From Ascoidea asiatica JCM 7603 (Eukaryota > Fungi > Ascomycota): a DNA stretch of 64,000 nucleotides. Under the pieces are notes generated by a model, which ran no database searches, was not told the DNA's origin, and was given only the letters and a program-made list of their open reading frames with translations. This document shows positions 21,277-32,988 of this stretch, one piece after another. The stretch is taken from NCBI GenBank assembly GCA_001600695.1, contig BCKQ01000002.1:1902258-1966257 (forward strand), written 5' to 3'. Position numbers and translations under genes: made by a program. The stretch's first letter is position 1. The number at the start of each line of letters is the position of its first letter.

Positions 21277-24219
21277 TTAACAGTAGTTTATTATCAATCA
21301 AATTATCAAATATCAATCATCATTCATCATTTAGTTTTAGTCCCATCAGCTATATTGAATCTGCTTTAATATATTCAAGTTAATTTCCAAATTCAGAACC
21401 GCAAGGATTCCGAAATGCTAAATATTCACAATCATAACTAACTACATTGCAGAAAAATATTGACTCAGTTTAAATTATATTTCATCTAATCAAATTTCAA
21501 ATTTCAGAAAAAGTCAGATACAATACTATATTACATATAAATTTCAACTCTGATTATAATATTTCTCCAATTTAAATCTAATATTGATATTTAGTTTGAA
21601 CTGATCTACTTTCATAAATACTTTGGGTAAAATATGAAATTTGAATACTATGGTGATAACATTATCAGTATACTATAAGGTTATTATAAATTATATTAAT
21701 TGATATTAATTAATATTAACTACTCTACAATACTTGATTGATAAACATTATTTTTAATTTCTTTAAAGTTAATAATTCAAAATATCTTAAACAAAACTCG
21801 CATGTAGGTTTTCATCTTATTTATTTTTATTTTATTTTATTCAAATTTATTTTTACAAACTTATGGTAAAAATATTAAAATCTCACCCGATATTTGTTTC
21901 AAATTATTTATCTTCTCAAAATTTTTACTAATTTACTACCTTAGTTGCTCACTCGTTCAAAATTTTAATTTCGTTTAAATTATTCGCTACTAGAACTGTG
22001 TGACTTAATAATTGAGATATTTTATTATGAAAAAAATCTAATATAATTATTACTGTACTATTACAGTTCTTACCTCATTCTAAGACTTTTATTACATTAC
22101 ATTATCCAGTATATTGTTTTTGCGACAAATTATCCCTAAAAGTTTTATGAATTTTCCAATCATTTTAAATCTCTATTTCAATCTCAAATTTCATTAAAAA
22201 ATTTATTTTGAAATCAGGTTATTTTATCTTTTACAAATATCTCAATATTATAATCAAGTTTTTTTTTCCGATGGAATAACTCTTTAATATTTGAGACTTC
22301 TTTGAAAATTATTATCTCCTGAAAAAAATGCATCTGTTTTCAGAGTATCTTTCAATAATAATGCTTTAAAACTTATAAAGTTATAAATTTTACTTTTGCG
22401 CTCAAGAAACAAATTCAAAGATCAAAAACAGAAATTTAAAAAGAAAAACAAAAAGGAACTATTCAATGGATAGGCAAACTAGTCCCTATTGAACTCTAGA
22501 ATATTCTTTAATCATTCAACTGTTTTTTCACTTAAAAATCCTTAATCAATTCAACTGAACTAAAATTTAAGAAAATAAAAAAGTAAAATCATTTAATTCA
22601 ATATTTTAATCTTAGAATCTCTTAGAATAGTTTTAAAATTACCGCATTGTACATTTATTATATCTAAGACAAATGAAATCATTAAAAACCAAATTCTCAA
22701 TAAGAGGATAATACAACAATAAGTTCATAATCGTATATGATTAATTTTTTTTTTTTTTTCTTAATTTCAATTACTTAACTTTCATGACTGATTTTTTTGT
22801 TTTTATAATGATTTTTTCTCCATTGATTACTCCAAAACTTAATTTTTTTTGTTATTAAGTATTAAAATTTTCTCCTCAGTGAATTATTACTTCTTTACAT
22901 AATTCAATAATGCCAATACTCTCCATTCATCATTAATAACAGTAAATTAGATTATACTAGTACAGTGCTATAAGAATAATAAAAAAAAGTATTAAAGCTT
23001 ATTAGAATTTTGTATAAATTAAAAAATTTAAAATTATTATCAATAAATTAAAATATTCAATAATAAATGTTTATGCTAAAAGAAAACTTACAATAGAAAA
23101 TAAGTCAAAAAGAATTTAATCAAATTAGTAAACGGTAAGTTTAAATCTTTTTTCAACCATAATTTAAAATAAAATAGCATCTAGTTGAATTTAGTTTATT
23201 ATTAGTATTTAATAAAAAAAAATAAAATATAAAATATTCAAAAAATAAGTACGACATGTTTTCAGTCTAAGTTTACGGTCTGAAATTTACTATATACATG
23301 GTATTCGGAAATATTCATACCTTCATCTAAAATAATGTCTTGGTTTCGATGTTCAATAAAAAGTTTTGGTAAATATTGAAAAAAAAATTAAAATATATAT
23401 CTTCAATTGTCAAGTTATTAAAAATAGATTATATAGGCATAACCGACAAAACAAATATTGCAATACTACTTTTTTTATCTTCCAAAACCTGAAAATATTA
23501 TTCGTCTTTCAATTTCGCTACAAAATGTTTTAAAAGACAAATTTTTCTCTGAATTGCATTAAAAGGGATATTTCTTTATTATCAACCACTGTGAATCCCC
23601 AAACTCAGGGCAAAATAAAATTCAACTTAAATGGAAATAACTCTTTTAATTTATAATTTCATATAGTGATGTGTGATGAACAATAATGAACACAATAAAT
23701 TCACTGACTTCAAATTGAAATAAAAGAAAGAAAATGTGCTTTTGAATTATTTCACTAAAAACTGTAAGTTGAAAAACAGAGAAACCGACCCACCTCACTG
23801 GTTTTAAATGTTACTGCATCTAAAGGTATTTAAATGTATATATGGTTAAATTACGTAATATTCTTTGGATAATACCATATTTGTGGTTCCAATCGATTTT
23901 TCTTTTTTTAAGTTGGCACTAACATTCAAAAAAAAAAATAGGCCTGAGTTTTTACAAAGAAACATTAAATAATGCAAAATTCAACCTTTGAGTCTCTCAA
24001 AATTTCCAACTTGCACAAGAATTCTCGATATTTATTTTTTTTTCGAAAACTTGGCCGATTATTTTTTTCCAAGCAATAAAAATATGGATCTGATTTAATT
24101 TTTAAGTATTTAATGAATGAAAAAGGATTTAGAAGTGATTATCCTTATCGAGTTCATTAATTTATATATTTCAATTTCATTCTGAAATATTTTCATTTCA
24201 AAATATTTTTATTAGAAGA

Positions 24220-26022
24220 ATGAAGAATTTTGGTGAAAGACCTCATGTTTTTAAAAACACATTTCATGAATTATGTGTGGTTTTCTTAATTTGTATGATT
24301 CAATTATTGACTCAATGTGGGACTGGACAAACATTACCTATAATGAATATTATAGCGGATTCCTTTGGAAATAAAGTTACTTCAGGTGATAAAGTTTGGT
24401 TCATGGCTTCATATCCATTAACTGTTGGTACTTTTATTTTAATATCTGGAAGATTAGGAGATATATTAGGCTTGAAAAAAATATTTATCATTGGTTGTCT
24501 TTTTTCTGCAATTTGGTCTTTGATTGCAGGATTTTCTTCATACTCTAAAAGTACTGTTTTTTTCATAGTTTGTAGAGCATTTCAAGGTGTTGGTTGTGCT
24601 TTTGCAATGCCTTGTGGATTAGGTATTTTAGGATTGGTTTATAAAAATGGTACAGTTAGAAAAAACTTTGTTTTTGCTACATTTGGAGTATTCGCTCCTA
24701 TTGGTGCTTACATGGGCTATTTAATGTCACCAGTTGTTAGTCAACTATATAAATGGGCTTTATCTTTTTATCTTTACTCCATTGTTTGCTTTCTTATCGG
24801 AATCATTTCTCTTTTTGTTTTACCTAATCCAACTCCTCAATCAATGCTTTTATTTCAAGAAAATCAGAATAATGAACAAGAAAAACAAAAAGAAAAACAG
24901 AAAGAAACAAAAGAGACTGAAGATAACCGAGAGAATCCAGAAAATGAATTAAACTTAAAAATTGTGGATAATAAAAATTCAAATGATTTTCCTAAGAATA
25001 GAAATAATGATAATAATTTAGATATCAGGAAAGAAGAAAGTATAAATGAACAAGTCGAGAATTTTGTTCAAGAAGCAAATGTAAATGATGAAAATCAAAA
25101 TGATATGACGTTTCAAAAATCAATCACTCATTCTTTAACCAGAGTTTCAACAACAGCTTCAGTTGTTTTAACTGATTTACAGAAATTGGATTTCATTGGA
25201 AGTTCATTAGGTGTTCTTGGATTAATCTTATTCAATTTTTCATGGAATCAAGCTCCTGTTGTTGGTTGGGATAGTCCTTATATTATTGTATTATTAATAA
25301 TTTCTATTATTTCTCTCATATCATTTTTCATTTATGAAAAAAATTATTCAGTTTATCCTTTAATTCCAAAGAATGTTTTAAATTTTAAAACTACATTAAT
25401 TTTAGCATGTATTGCATTTGGTTGGGGCTCATTCGGAGTTTACTTATATTATTTTTGGTCATTTATTTTGAATGAAAAACATTACACTCCTATTCAAGGT
25501 GGATTTTGTATGTTACCTTTTATGTTTTTTGGGGTAATTGCAGCAATTTTAGTTGGATTATTGATTGATTTAATTGATGCTTCTTTTTTAATATTTGCTG
25601 CTATGTGTGCTTTTTTATTTGGAATTGCAATGTTAGCTTGGACTCCAGTTCATCAATCATATTGGAAAATGCTTTTTCCACAATCAATTATCTCATTTGG
25701 AATGGATTTGAGTTTTCCTGCAGGTGCTATATTACTTTCAAATAAATTACCTAAAAAACATCAAGGTATGGCTGGCTCTTTAGTCTCAACTATGGTAAGT
25801 TATTCAACCTCAATTTTTTTAGGAGTTGGATCAACTGCAGAAACATATTACCTTAAAAATAATTCTAATAAATCTCAGTTAGATGGTTATAGAGCAGGAA
25901 TGTATGCAGGCGTTGGAATTGCATCTTTAGGTGTAGTTACTTCTGTTGTATTGATTATTGAAAGTATGGTACATAAATCTCCAAAAGATTTTAAAAATTC
26001 AGAAGATATAGAGAAGAAATAA
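24220..26022 (+). CDS. DHA2-family MFS drug:H+ antiporter, Atr1/Amf1-like
   Basis: WFMASYPLTVGTFILISGRLGDILG, RAFQGVG, LILFNFSWNQAPVVGW, GMDLSFPA...LP..HQGMAGSLV; about 14 TM segments. Confidence 0.9.
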   Translation: MKNFGERPHVFKNTFHELCVVFLICMIQLLTQCGTGQTLPIMNIIADSFGNKVTSGDKVWFMASYPLTVGTFILISGRLGDILGLKKIFIIGCLFSAIWSLIAGFSSYSKSTVFFIVCRAFQGVGCAFAMPCGLGILGLVYKNGTVRKNFVFATFGVFAPIGAYMGYLMSPVVSQLYKWALSFYLYSIVCFLIGIISLFVLPNPTPQSMLLFQENQNNEQEKQKEKQKETKETEDNRENPENELNLKIVDNKNSNDFPKNRNNDNNLDIRKEESINEQVENFVQEANVNDENQNDMTFQKSITHSLTRVSTTASVVLTDLQKLDFIGSSLGVLGLILFNFSWNQAPVVGWDSPYIIVLLIISIISLISFFIYEKNYSVYPLIPKNVLNFKTTLILACIAFGWGSFGVYLYYFWSFILNEKHYTPIQGGFCMLPFMFFGVIAAILVGLLIDLIDASFLIFAAMCAFLFGIAMLAWTPVHQSYWKMLFPQSIISFGMDLSFPAGAILLSNKLPKKHQGMAGSLVSTMVSYSTSIFLGVGSTAETYYLKNNSNKSQLDGYRAGMYAGVGIASLGVVTSVVLIIESMVHKSPKDFKNSEDIEKK

Positions 26023-27139
26023 TCTGTTCATTAAACAATTTACTAAATTCTCTGCTTAATTCTCTAATGATTGTTGTCATTCCCCATAGGTTATTTTCTG
26101 AAAAACGGAGAAAAATGGTTCATTTATCTGGTGAGCTGAAAACTCTAATAAAAGCTCCGATTGTTTCTAGATATAAATATTTGCCATCTATTTTTCGTGA
26201 CATTAATTTTTTACAAAAGTTTTAATCTATGAGAAGGAAAAGTAATGATTTTATAAAAGATGCAGTATCAAATGAAATATATTACTTTTCTGAGGTATTA
26301 AAATTTTAGATCTAGGGTTATTTTAGTCACTTCAAAAACAAGGGCTTTTTAATATTAGAAGCATATTTTCCTTTTCTCGACAACTTAATATCAAGTCTAA
26401 TGTTCTTTGTTTAATATATGATACATATTTCTTTCAATATAATATCAATCATTATAATTTTAGTTAAATAAAGGACCTGAACCTGCCTGAGAATGTTTTG
26501 TTTTTAAATATTCAACTTTTAAGATATGCTTTAAATAAAGCCTAAGTAATTCACAATAATGATAATTTATATTCATATTAGTAGCTTTAATTCAATAACG
26601 ATCAATCATGAAGCCACTCGAAACACATGATCTAACAAGTTTTTTTTCAATAATGTGGATCAATGTTTTCAAAAAATATTTTAAATTTCAACTGAATTTG
26701 TGAATGACTTTCAGTATCATCAAAATTATTGACCTGATCAAATCATTGCCATACTGATTTGAAAATTTTCAATTTAAAATTCCATATTTGAGTGTGGTTA
26801 TTGGGCTTGATAAATAGAATGATAATTATTTAACAAAATAGAGTTTCTGATTTTAGAAAAAAGATTTCACTTTATCAAGAGTTGTTGAACAGTTTTTCCT
26901 TAGACATTTGCCTAATAGTTTATAACTTTATTAATATTTTTATCAAACATGGTTTCTATTAACCCCGTCAAATAAACTATAACTAGTTCTGTTATTCCTT
27001 TTGCCTTTATGGTTGTAGTCTCAAAAAAAAAACTCCTATATTATAAATTGTCTCTTCTCTCTCTGGTTGGCCTGATGACCACTCTCAGTTTCTTCAATCT
27101 ATTTCGAAATAAAGGGAAAGGCTAAAAATTCAAGGAAAA

Positions 27140-27211
27140 TCCGTGATAGTTTAGTGGCTAGAATTGCCGCTTGTCGCGTGGCAGACCGGGGTTCAATTCC
27201 CCGTCGCGGAG
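27140..27211 (+). tRNA. tRNA-Asp, anticodon GTC
   Basis: TCCGTGATAGTTTAGTGGCTAGAATTGCCGCTTGTCGCGTGGCAGACCGGGGTTCAATTCCCCGTCGCGGAG followed by a T-run. Confidence 0.97.
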
Positions 27212-27644
27212 TTAATTTTTTTCTAAAATTTCAGTACTTTTTTTCAAATTTTGTTACACTTTTTCTTTTTTTATTGCTTTTTTTTCTCTTTTATTACTTT
27301 TTATTTCCATGAACAATGGATCAAATCAACTATTGAAAATAGCCTCGATTCACTTATTTTTCTTATTGTTCTTGATATAATGAAAAAATTATGAACAAAA
27401 AATCTTATTAGATAGAATAGAATCAAACTGATTAGATTAAACATTTGAAAGAAATGTGTAAGCGATATTGAATCAAATTAAACTATTTTTTTTCTCGAAC
27501 GATTCGAAGTAAATTGAGAAAATAAAAAGCTACTTTTGAATTATTTAATGATTTTTCAATAGATAATGTATTTCATATAGGTAATTATAAACTAAAAATG
27601 ATATATATATTGAATATATAAATTAAAATGAAAAATTATAGTAA

Positions 27645-28700
27645 TTATTGATTTAAATGCTCTGGAGAATTAACTAAATCATAAAATTCTTTATAATCAT
27701 AATAATCAGGTCTGAAAGTTTTTGCATTTTTAGATTTTTTAATTAAAATATTAAATTTATTACCTTTTAATAAAATTCCAGGATAAAAAGGTAAAGTTAA
27801 AAGTAAAATTGCAGCAGATATCATTGCAGCATCTAAAATTAATAAATAAATTTCATGAGTTGCTAAATAACCTTTTAAAGTTTCTTTTAATTCAACAACT
27901 CTATAAATACAACGAATATAAATTAAAATAATTGAAAAAGAAATAAGTAAAGGTAATAAATTAAAAAATTTTCCAATTCTAATTTTTTGAAATTTTGGAT
28001 CAAATAAATGATCTTTTTCTTTTAAAGTAAAATGATGTTTTTTTAAATTTTTATTTTCTTGAAGTAAATTATCAGTTTTAAAATAAATTGAATAAATAAA
28101 ATGAGACCAAAAAAATAAAAAAATAGTCATGGTAATAATTTGAATAATTATTCCAGCTAAAGCAATATGAGAACCAGTTTTTGGAGATTGACCTTGAGTG
28201 ATTTTTTTAGCAGCAATTCCACCACCAAGAGCTTGAACAAATAAACAAATTACATCAGTAGTTATGAAGAAAATTGAATAAATTTTTGGATTTAAAATTG
28301 AATAATAATCACCATAAATTACAACTAATTGAGCTAAAAGATAATAAATTCCAGCCATAATAAAAGCAGGAGCAAAAGTTAAACAAATTATTTGAATTTT
28401 ATAATAAGTTGATTGAGAAGTATTAAAATGAGCTAATAATCTTGAAATATAACCAATAATTTCAGCAATTGAACCTAAAGTAATTGTAATTTGAAACCAT
28501 TTTTGTTTGAATAAAAATCCTAAAATTAATTGAGAAATTATAATAAAACCAAAAATTATTGTAAAAACCAAATTTGCTGGTAATGAAGGAGTATATCCAA
28601 AAGGATTTTCAACTATTGCAGCAAGTGATTCAGCTTCCAATTCACTTATTGAAGTAGTAGAAAAAGAAGCTAAGGTATCAGTAGTTATTGTTGTAGACAT
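27645..28700 (-). CDS. RTA1/Rsb1-family 7-TM lipid translocase
   Basis: FGYTPSL, EIIGYISR, QIICLTFAPAFIMAGIY, DVICLFVQALGGG, IRCIYRVVEL..G...HEIY...LD. First ATG at 28700; the track start at 28730 is TTG. Confidence 0.9.
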   Translation of the reverse strand: MSTTITTDTLASFSTTSISELEAESLAAIVENPFGYTPSLPANLVFTIIFGFIIISQLILGFLFKQKWFQITITLGSIAEIIGYISRLLAHFNTSQSTYYKIQIICLTFAPAFIMAGIYYLLAQLVVIYGDYYSILNPKIYSIFFITTDVICLFVQALGGGIAAKKITQGQSPKTGSHIALAGIIIQIITMTIFLFFWSHFIYSIYFKTDNLLQENKNLKKHHFTLKEKDHLFDPKFQKIRIGKFFNLLPLLISFSIILIYIRCIYRVVELKETLKGYLATHEIYLLILDAAMISAAILLLTLPFYPGILLKGNKFNILIKKSKNAKTFRPDYYDYKEFYDLVNSPEHLNQ

Positions 28701-29582
28701 TTTTAAAAAGATAAAGACACAAGAAAGCAAAAGAAAAAGTTTAAAATTGATTGAGAGAAGATCAAATTCTAATAAACAATGATTTTAAATTTAATTAAAT
28801 TAAATTAAATTAAATTGAATTGAATTGAATTGAATTGAATTGAATTGAATTGAATTGAATTGATAGATCAAAAAACTTATCAATTTAGAGAAAAAATGGC
28901 AGTTATTTATACAAAAAAAAGAGAAATCATTTTGAGATTACATTGAATAAGCATGAAAATAATGAAAGAAGATTTTTGCAAACAATTATTTCTGTTCCTT
29001 TGATGGTTTCACTAAGATTAAAAACAATTGTTTTGTTTATATTTAATACAAAACAAAGTGAATTTTTTTTTTTTTCAAAGAATAGATTGAATTTTAATAA
29101 ATTTAGGTATCGAACTCCAAATTCTGGGTTGTATTGAAGTAAATTTAAAGTCTGAGCCTGGTTAAAGACAGCCGTGATCCGGGCCGTTAGCCGTTAAATA
29201 TGTAAAGGATTCATACGCCACAAACAAAAATTTGAAAAAATTAATCAAACAAAAGCACCGCCACGCATTTTCAAGCTTCAGAAACAGAAGCCAGAATTGC
29301 GGTACTGTGCTGCATCAGTATTACACTGGCAGCGTGTAACTTTATGCGAAAAGGAAAATCTAGATTTTAAGTTATTTTTTTTGTATGGCTGGAATTTAGT
29401 ATACGATAGAAAGAATAATATTTATTAAAATAGAAAATAGTTGGTTTGAAAGTTATGGAAAGTATAATAAGTCATAAAATTTCACGATAATAAAAATAAG
29501 ATATTTATTGTAAAGTTATAAATATATAATTTGAAAGTATTGATGCATAGTAAGCTTAAAACCAGAAAAAAAAAAAAAAAAC

Positions 29583-29879
29583 TCATAAAACAGCTTGTTT
29601 TTTTTTCAAAATCTTATTTAATGGTTTGAATAAATATGAAGACAGCTTGTAAATAGATATGATAATTTTACTTAAATATGATGGTTCTTCTGGAAAATAA
29701 CCACCATTTGATGAAACTGTAACTTTTCTTGTAAACTTATTTTTGGTAAATTCTGGTAGTTTATCATTACAAAACTCGCATTCTTTAATTTCTAAAGTAT
29801 TTATACCGCCACAAGAACAAACCCACCGATTTTGTTTATAAGCTTCTTTTACAGTTGGAAGTCTGAATTTAGTTTTCAT
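29583..29879 (-). CDS. 98-aa orphan protein with RanBP2-like C4 zinc finger
   Basis: WVCSCGGINTLEIKECEFC (W-x-C-x-C-x3-N-x6-C-x2-C); AAAATG context; TATATAAA about 145 nt upstream; GTCACGTGAC at 30185-30194. Confidence 0.7.
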   Translation of the reverse strand: MKTKFRLPTVKEAYKQNRWVCSCGGINTLEIKECEFCNDKLPEFTKNKFTRKVTVSSNGGYFPEEPSYLSKIIISIYKLSSYLFKPLNKILKKKQAVL

Positions 29880-30474
29880 TTTATAAAGTTATTTAAGTTT
29901 TTATAGTCAATTTTATAATAGTTTTATTGAAAAAAAAAAGAAAAACTATTTAAGTTAAAAAGAGATATTCGCCGATTTTCAAATAATTATTTTCAAAAGT
30001 TGTGGAAAAACAATAGTATTTATATAAAATTGCATAAATTATAATTTCTATACTGCGCAACTACGAGGTAATTTTAACATTTAATTTTACGAACAGCTAT
30101 ATATTTTGTTGCCTTTTTTTCTATGTGTACCGCGGTCCAAATTTAAAAGTCTCAAAATACCTATTCTATCCACCTTACTTTAAAGTCACGTGACTGTGTT
30201 TTAAACTGATTTTAAAGCTTAGTTCTAATGTTCTTTATTTTAGGACTTTTCTACGGAAATAAATAATAAAAGTAAATTAGTGAATGAAGTTAAAATTGGT
30301 AAAAAAAAACCTTTTTATTGGAATCTGTTAAAAATATATGATAATTTTATTAAAAACCGAATTAAATGAGATTGATAAAAACAATCAAACAAGGTTTAAT
30401 CAACAAAATTAATGATTAAAAATATTGATGTAAAAAAAAAAAATTGATTTACAATATACTGTATTATATTTATT

Positions 30475-30600
30475 TAAAAGATAAAAGATAAAAGATAAAA
30501 GATAAAAGATAAAAGATAAAAGATAAAAGATAAAAGATAAAAGATAAAAGATAAAAGATAAAAGATAAAAGATAAAAGATAAAAGATAAAAGATAAAAGA
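30475..30600. repeat. Perfect heptamer tandem array (TAAAAGA)18, followed by degenerate 9-mer ATAGAAAGT repeats to about 30750
   Basis: Read directly; lies downstream of the DUR3 stop codon. Confidence 0.95.
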
Positions 30601-30858
30601 TAAAAAGTTAGTAATAAATATATATTGATAAATATGAAAAGATAAAAATTGAAAAGAAATATAAGAAAATCATAGAAAATCATAGAAAGTATAGAAAGTA
30701 TAGAAAGTATAGAAAGTATAGAAATTATAGAAATTATAAAAATTATAAAAACAAAAAAAACAAAAAAAACAAAAAATTTAATTTAAGAAAATGTTAAAAA
30801 TTCAGTAAATTCCAAAATTCAAAAGTTAATGTTTTAAACTAAAAAATAATTAGATTAA

Positions 30859-32988
30859 TTAACTTGATGATTCTTTTTCTAAAACAGGCTTAGACTTAAT
30901 TGATCTTAATTCATTTTCAACTTGAGTTTGAACAATATGCATTTGTTCTGGATTTTCATTTTGCCATTCTCTTAATTTATAAGTTTGTCCAGTTAAATCC
31001 CAATATAATCCTCTAATAGTTGTATAAATATCATAATATCCTTCAATAATTGGATAAACACAAACAACCATTCCACAAAAAAAAATCCAAAGAAATCCAA
31101 CAACAATCCATCCAGTAAAAAATTTTTTACTAAAAACATATCCACTTCCATACATTGGCATTGGCCATAATATTAATAAAGCTAATGTTAAAAATATGAC
31201 AATATATAAACCTCTTTTTGCATCTCTTGCAAGCATTAAAGATTCTTTTTCAAGAAAATTTTCATCAATTTTTTTTAATGCAATTTCTTTTGAAATACTT
31301 GTAATTGAAGTTATAGTATTAATTTTATTTTCTTCATCATTTTTATTATTAATATTTGTTGCTTCAATAATTTCTTCAGTTTCATCAACTTTTTTAATAT
31401 TAGTTTTTAATAAATCCCAATTAAAATTTTGTTTACCAAATACATATGTAAAAAATGGAACAAAAATTATTGGTGATAATAATGCAACTACATTTCCTGT
31501 TAACATTGGATTATCTTCAAATGTTGTATCTACAGTTAATTTTCCAAATTGTTGTTTTGTACAAACTAACCAACCAATAAGTGCAAACATTAAACCTAAA
31601 AATGGTGAACAAACAACTGCAATTGTATTTTGATCTTTCCATAATAATGTTAAAGCTGCTGGTAATACATTACTACCAATTATTATACCCATAAGTTCAT
31701 ATAAATAACCCATTGAAATTCCTGCATAATATAATCCAACACCAAAACCAGCCATAATTATTGCAAAAATTACAACAGTTGTATGTGACATATAAATTAA
31801 ATTTTTTGGTTTTGCATTTGGATTAATATAAGTTTTATAAATATCAAAAGTAAAAATTGTTGAAACTGCAATTAATTCTGCAGACATTGCAGATGTCACT
31901 GCCATAAAAATTATAAGTAAAGAAGCATAAGCACCACCTTTACCTAATAAAGCAGTTGCAGCAGAAGGTAAAGCTAAACCTGCATTAATTTGAGAAGTAC
32001 TTAATGGATTTGGATAAGTTGGAAAACTTGGATCAGATTCTAAAGCTCTTGCAATTAAACCCATTAAACTAACAAAAAATGGAATTGAAAACCATGCTAA
32101 ACCACTTATAACATAAGCAGATAAAGCATGATCAGGTCTACAAGCAATTGCTTTATTCCAATAACCATTATCAAGAAATACAGTACCAAAATTTCCAACA
32201 ATATTTATAACAAAAAAAATTCCACCAGATCTTGATTTCATTGTTAAAAATGAACCTTGAGAATTACCATCAATTGGATTTTCTTCACCAATTTTAGTTA
32301 TAATATCATAAATTTTATCAGGAGAACCTAAAGTTTTTGAAGTTGCAAAAGCAGTGAAACCAAATACAAGAGCTATAATTACAATTACACAAGTATGTAA
32401 ATAATCAGTAATTAAAGTACTTTTTAAACCTCCAACAATTGTATATAAAACAACACCAACAGGTAATAAAAAACAAGCAGCAGCAGTTGGCATACCAGTT
32501 AATTCATTTACAACTGCAGAACCACCAGTTACTAACATTGAAGTAACTAAAATATTTGTTGCTAAAGCAAAAAATAAAAAAACACAATGACCATAAGTAC
32601 CATATCTAACTTTTATAACTTCTAAATAAGTATGAGCATCAGGAGCACGTTGTTTTAATTTTATTGCAAGAGTTGCAAATAAACAAATTTGAATTGAAGC
32701 ACCAGAAGCATAATAAAATCCACCAGAAATACCATTTTTATAAACTTGAGTTGTTGAAGTTAATAAAGTTGCAGCCCAAGTCCAAGAACTTACAACACCT
32801 GCACAAATTAAACCAAAACTAACATTTCTACCTGCAGTTGAAAATTCTTCTGCAGTCATTATTTGTTTTTGATAACGTTTTAACATTAAAGTAATTGCAA
32901 TCATTATAAAAGCAAAAGCAAAACCTAAGCCAATAACTATACCATAACCAGCACCACCACTAAGTGGTTGATAAGTAACATCAGCCAT
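30859..32988 (-). CDS. DUR3: Urea/polyamine active transporter (sodium:solute symporter family)
   Basis: GAGYGIVIGLG, EEFSTAGR, VVSSWTWAATLL, AHTYLEVIKVRYG, GNFGTVFLDNGYWNKAIA, LWPMPMYGSGYVFSKKFFTGW. GATAAG (nitrogen-regulation GATA) sites upstream at 33462 and 33727. Confidence 0.95.
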   Translation of the reverse strand: MADVTYQPLSGGAGYGIVIGLGFAFAFIMIAITLMLKRYQKQIMTAEEFSTAGRNVSFGLICAGVVSSWTWAATLLTSTTQVYKNGISGGFYYASGASIQICLFATLAIKLKQRAPDAHTYLEVIKVRYGTYGHCVFLFFALATNILVTSMLVTGGSAVVNELTGMPTAAACFLLPVGVVLYTIVGGLKSTLITDYLHTCVIVIIALVFGFTAFATSKTLGSPDKIYDIITKIGEENPIDGNSQGSFLTMKSRSGGIFFVINIVGNFGTVFLDNGYWNKAIACRPDHALSAYVISGLAWFSIPFFVSLMGLIARALESDPSFPTYPNPLSTSQINAGLALPSAATALLGKGGAYASLLIIFMAVTSAMSAELIAVSTIFTFDIYKTYINPNAKPKNLIYMSHTTVVIFAIIMAGFGVGLYYAGISMGYLYELMGIIIGSNVLPAALTLLWKDQNTIAVVCSPFLGLMFALIGWLVCTKQQFGKLTVDTTFEDNPMLTGNVVALLSPIIFVPFFTYVFGKQNFNWDLLKTNIKKVDETEEIIEATNINNKNDEENKINTITSITSISKEIALKKIDENFLEKESLMLARDAKRGLYIVIFLTLALLILWPMPMYGSGYVFSKKFFTGWIVVGFLWIFFCGMVVCVYPIIEGYYDIYTTIRGLYWDLTGQTYKLREWQNENPEQMHIVQTQVENELRSIKSKPVLEKESSS

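Noticed and set aside
21165-21383. ORF with a QLPITNY repeat (and LLSFIFY at 30474-30683); arrays as CRISPR-like or telomeric repeats
   Set aside because: Translations of stop-free heptamer microsatellites; no spacers, eukaryotic context, internal position.
26050-27100. Possible retrotransposon/LTR relic upstream of tRNA-Asp
   Set aside because: Weak protein-like fragments only; no TG...CA LTR pair, PBS, or RT/integrase motif found.
30185-30370. GTCACGTGAC plus AT-rich tract as a point centromere (CDEI-CDEII)
   Set aside because: No CDEIII consensus (TGnTTTCCGAA) at a suitable distance; a Cbf1/Tye7 promoter site is the simpler explanation.
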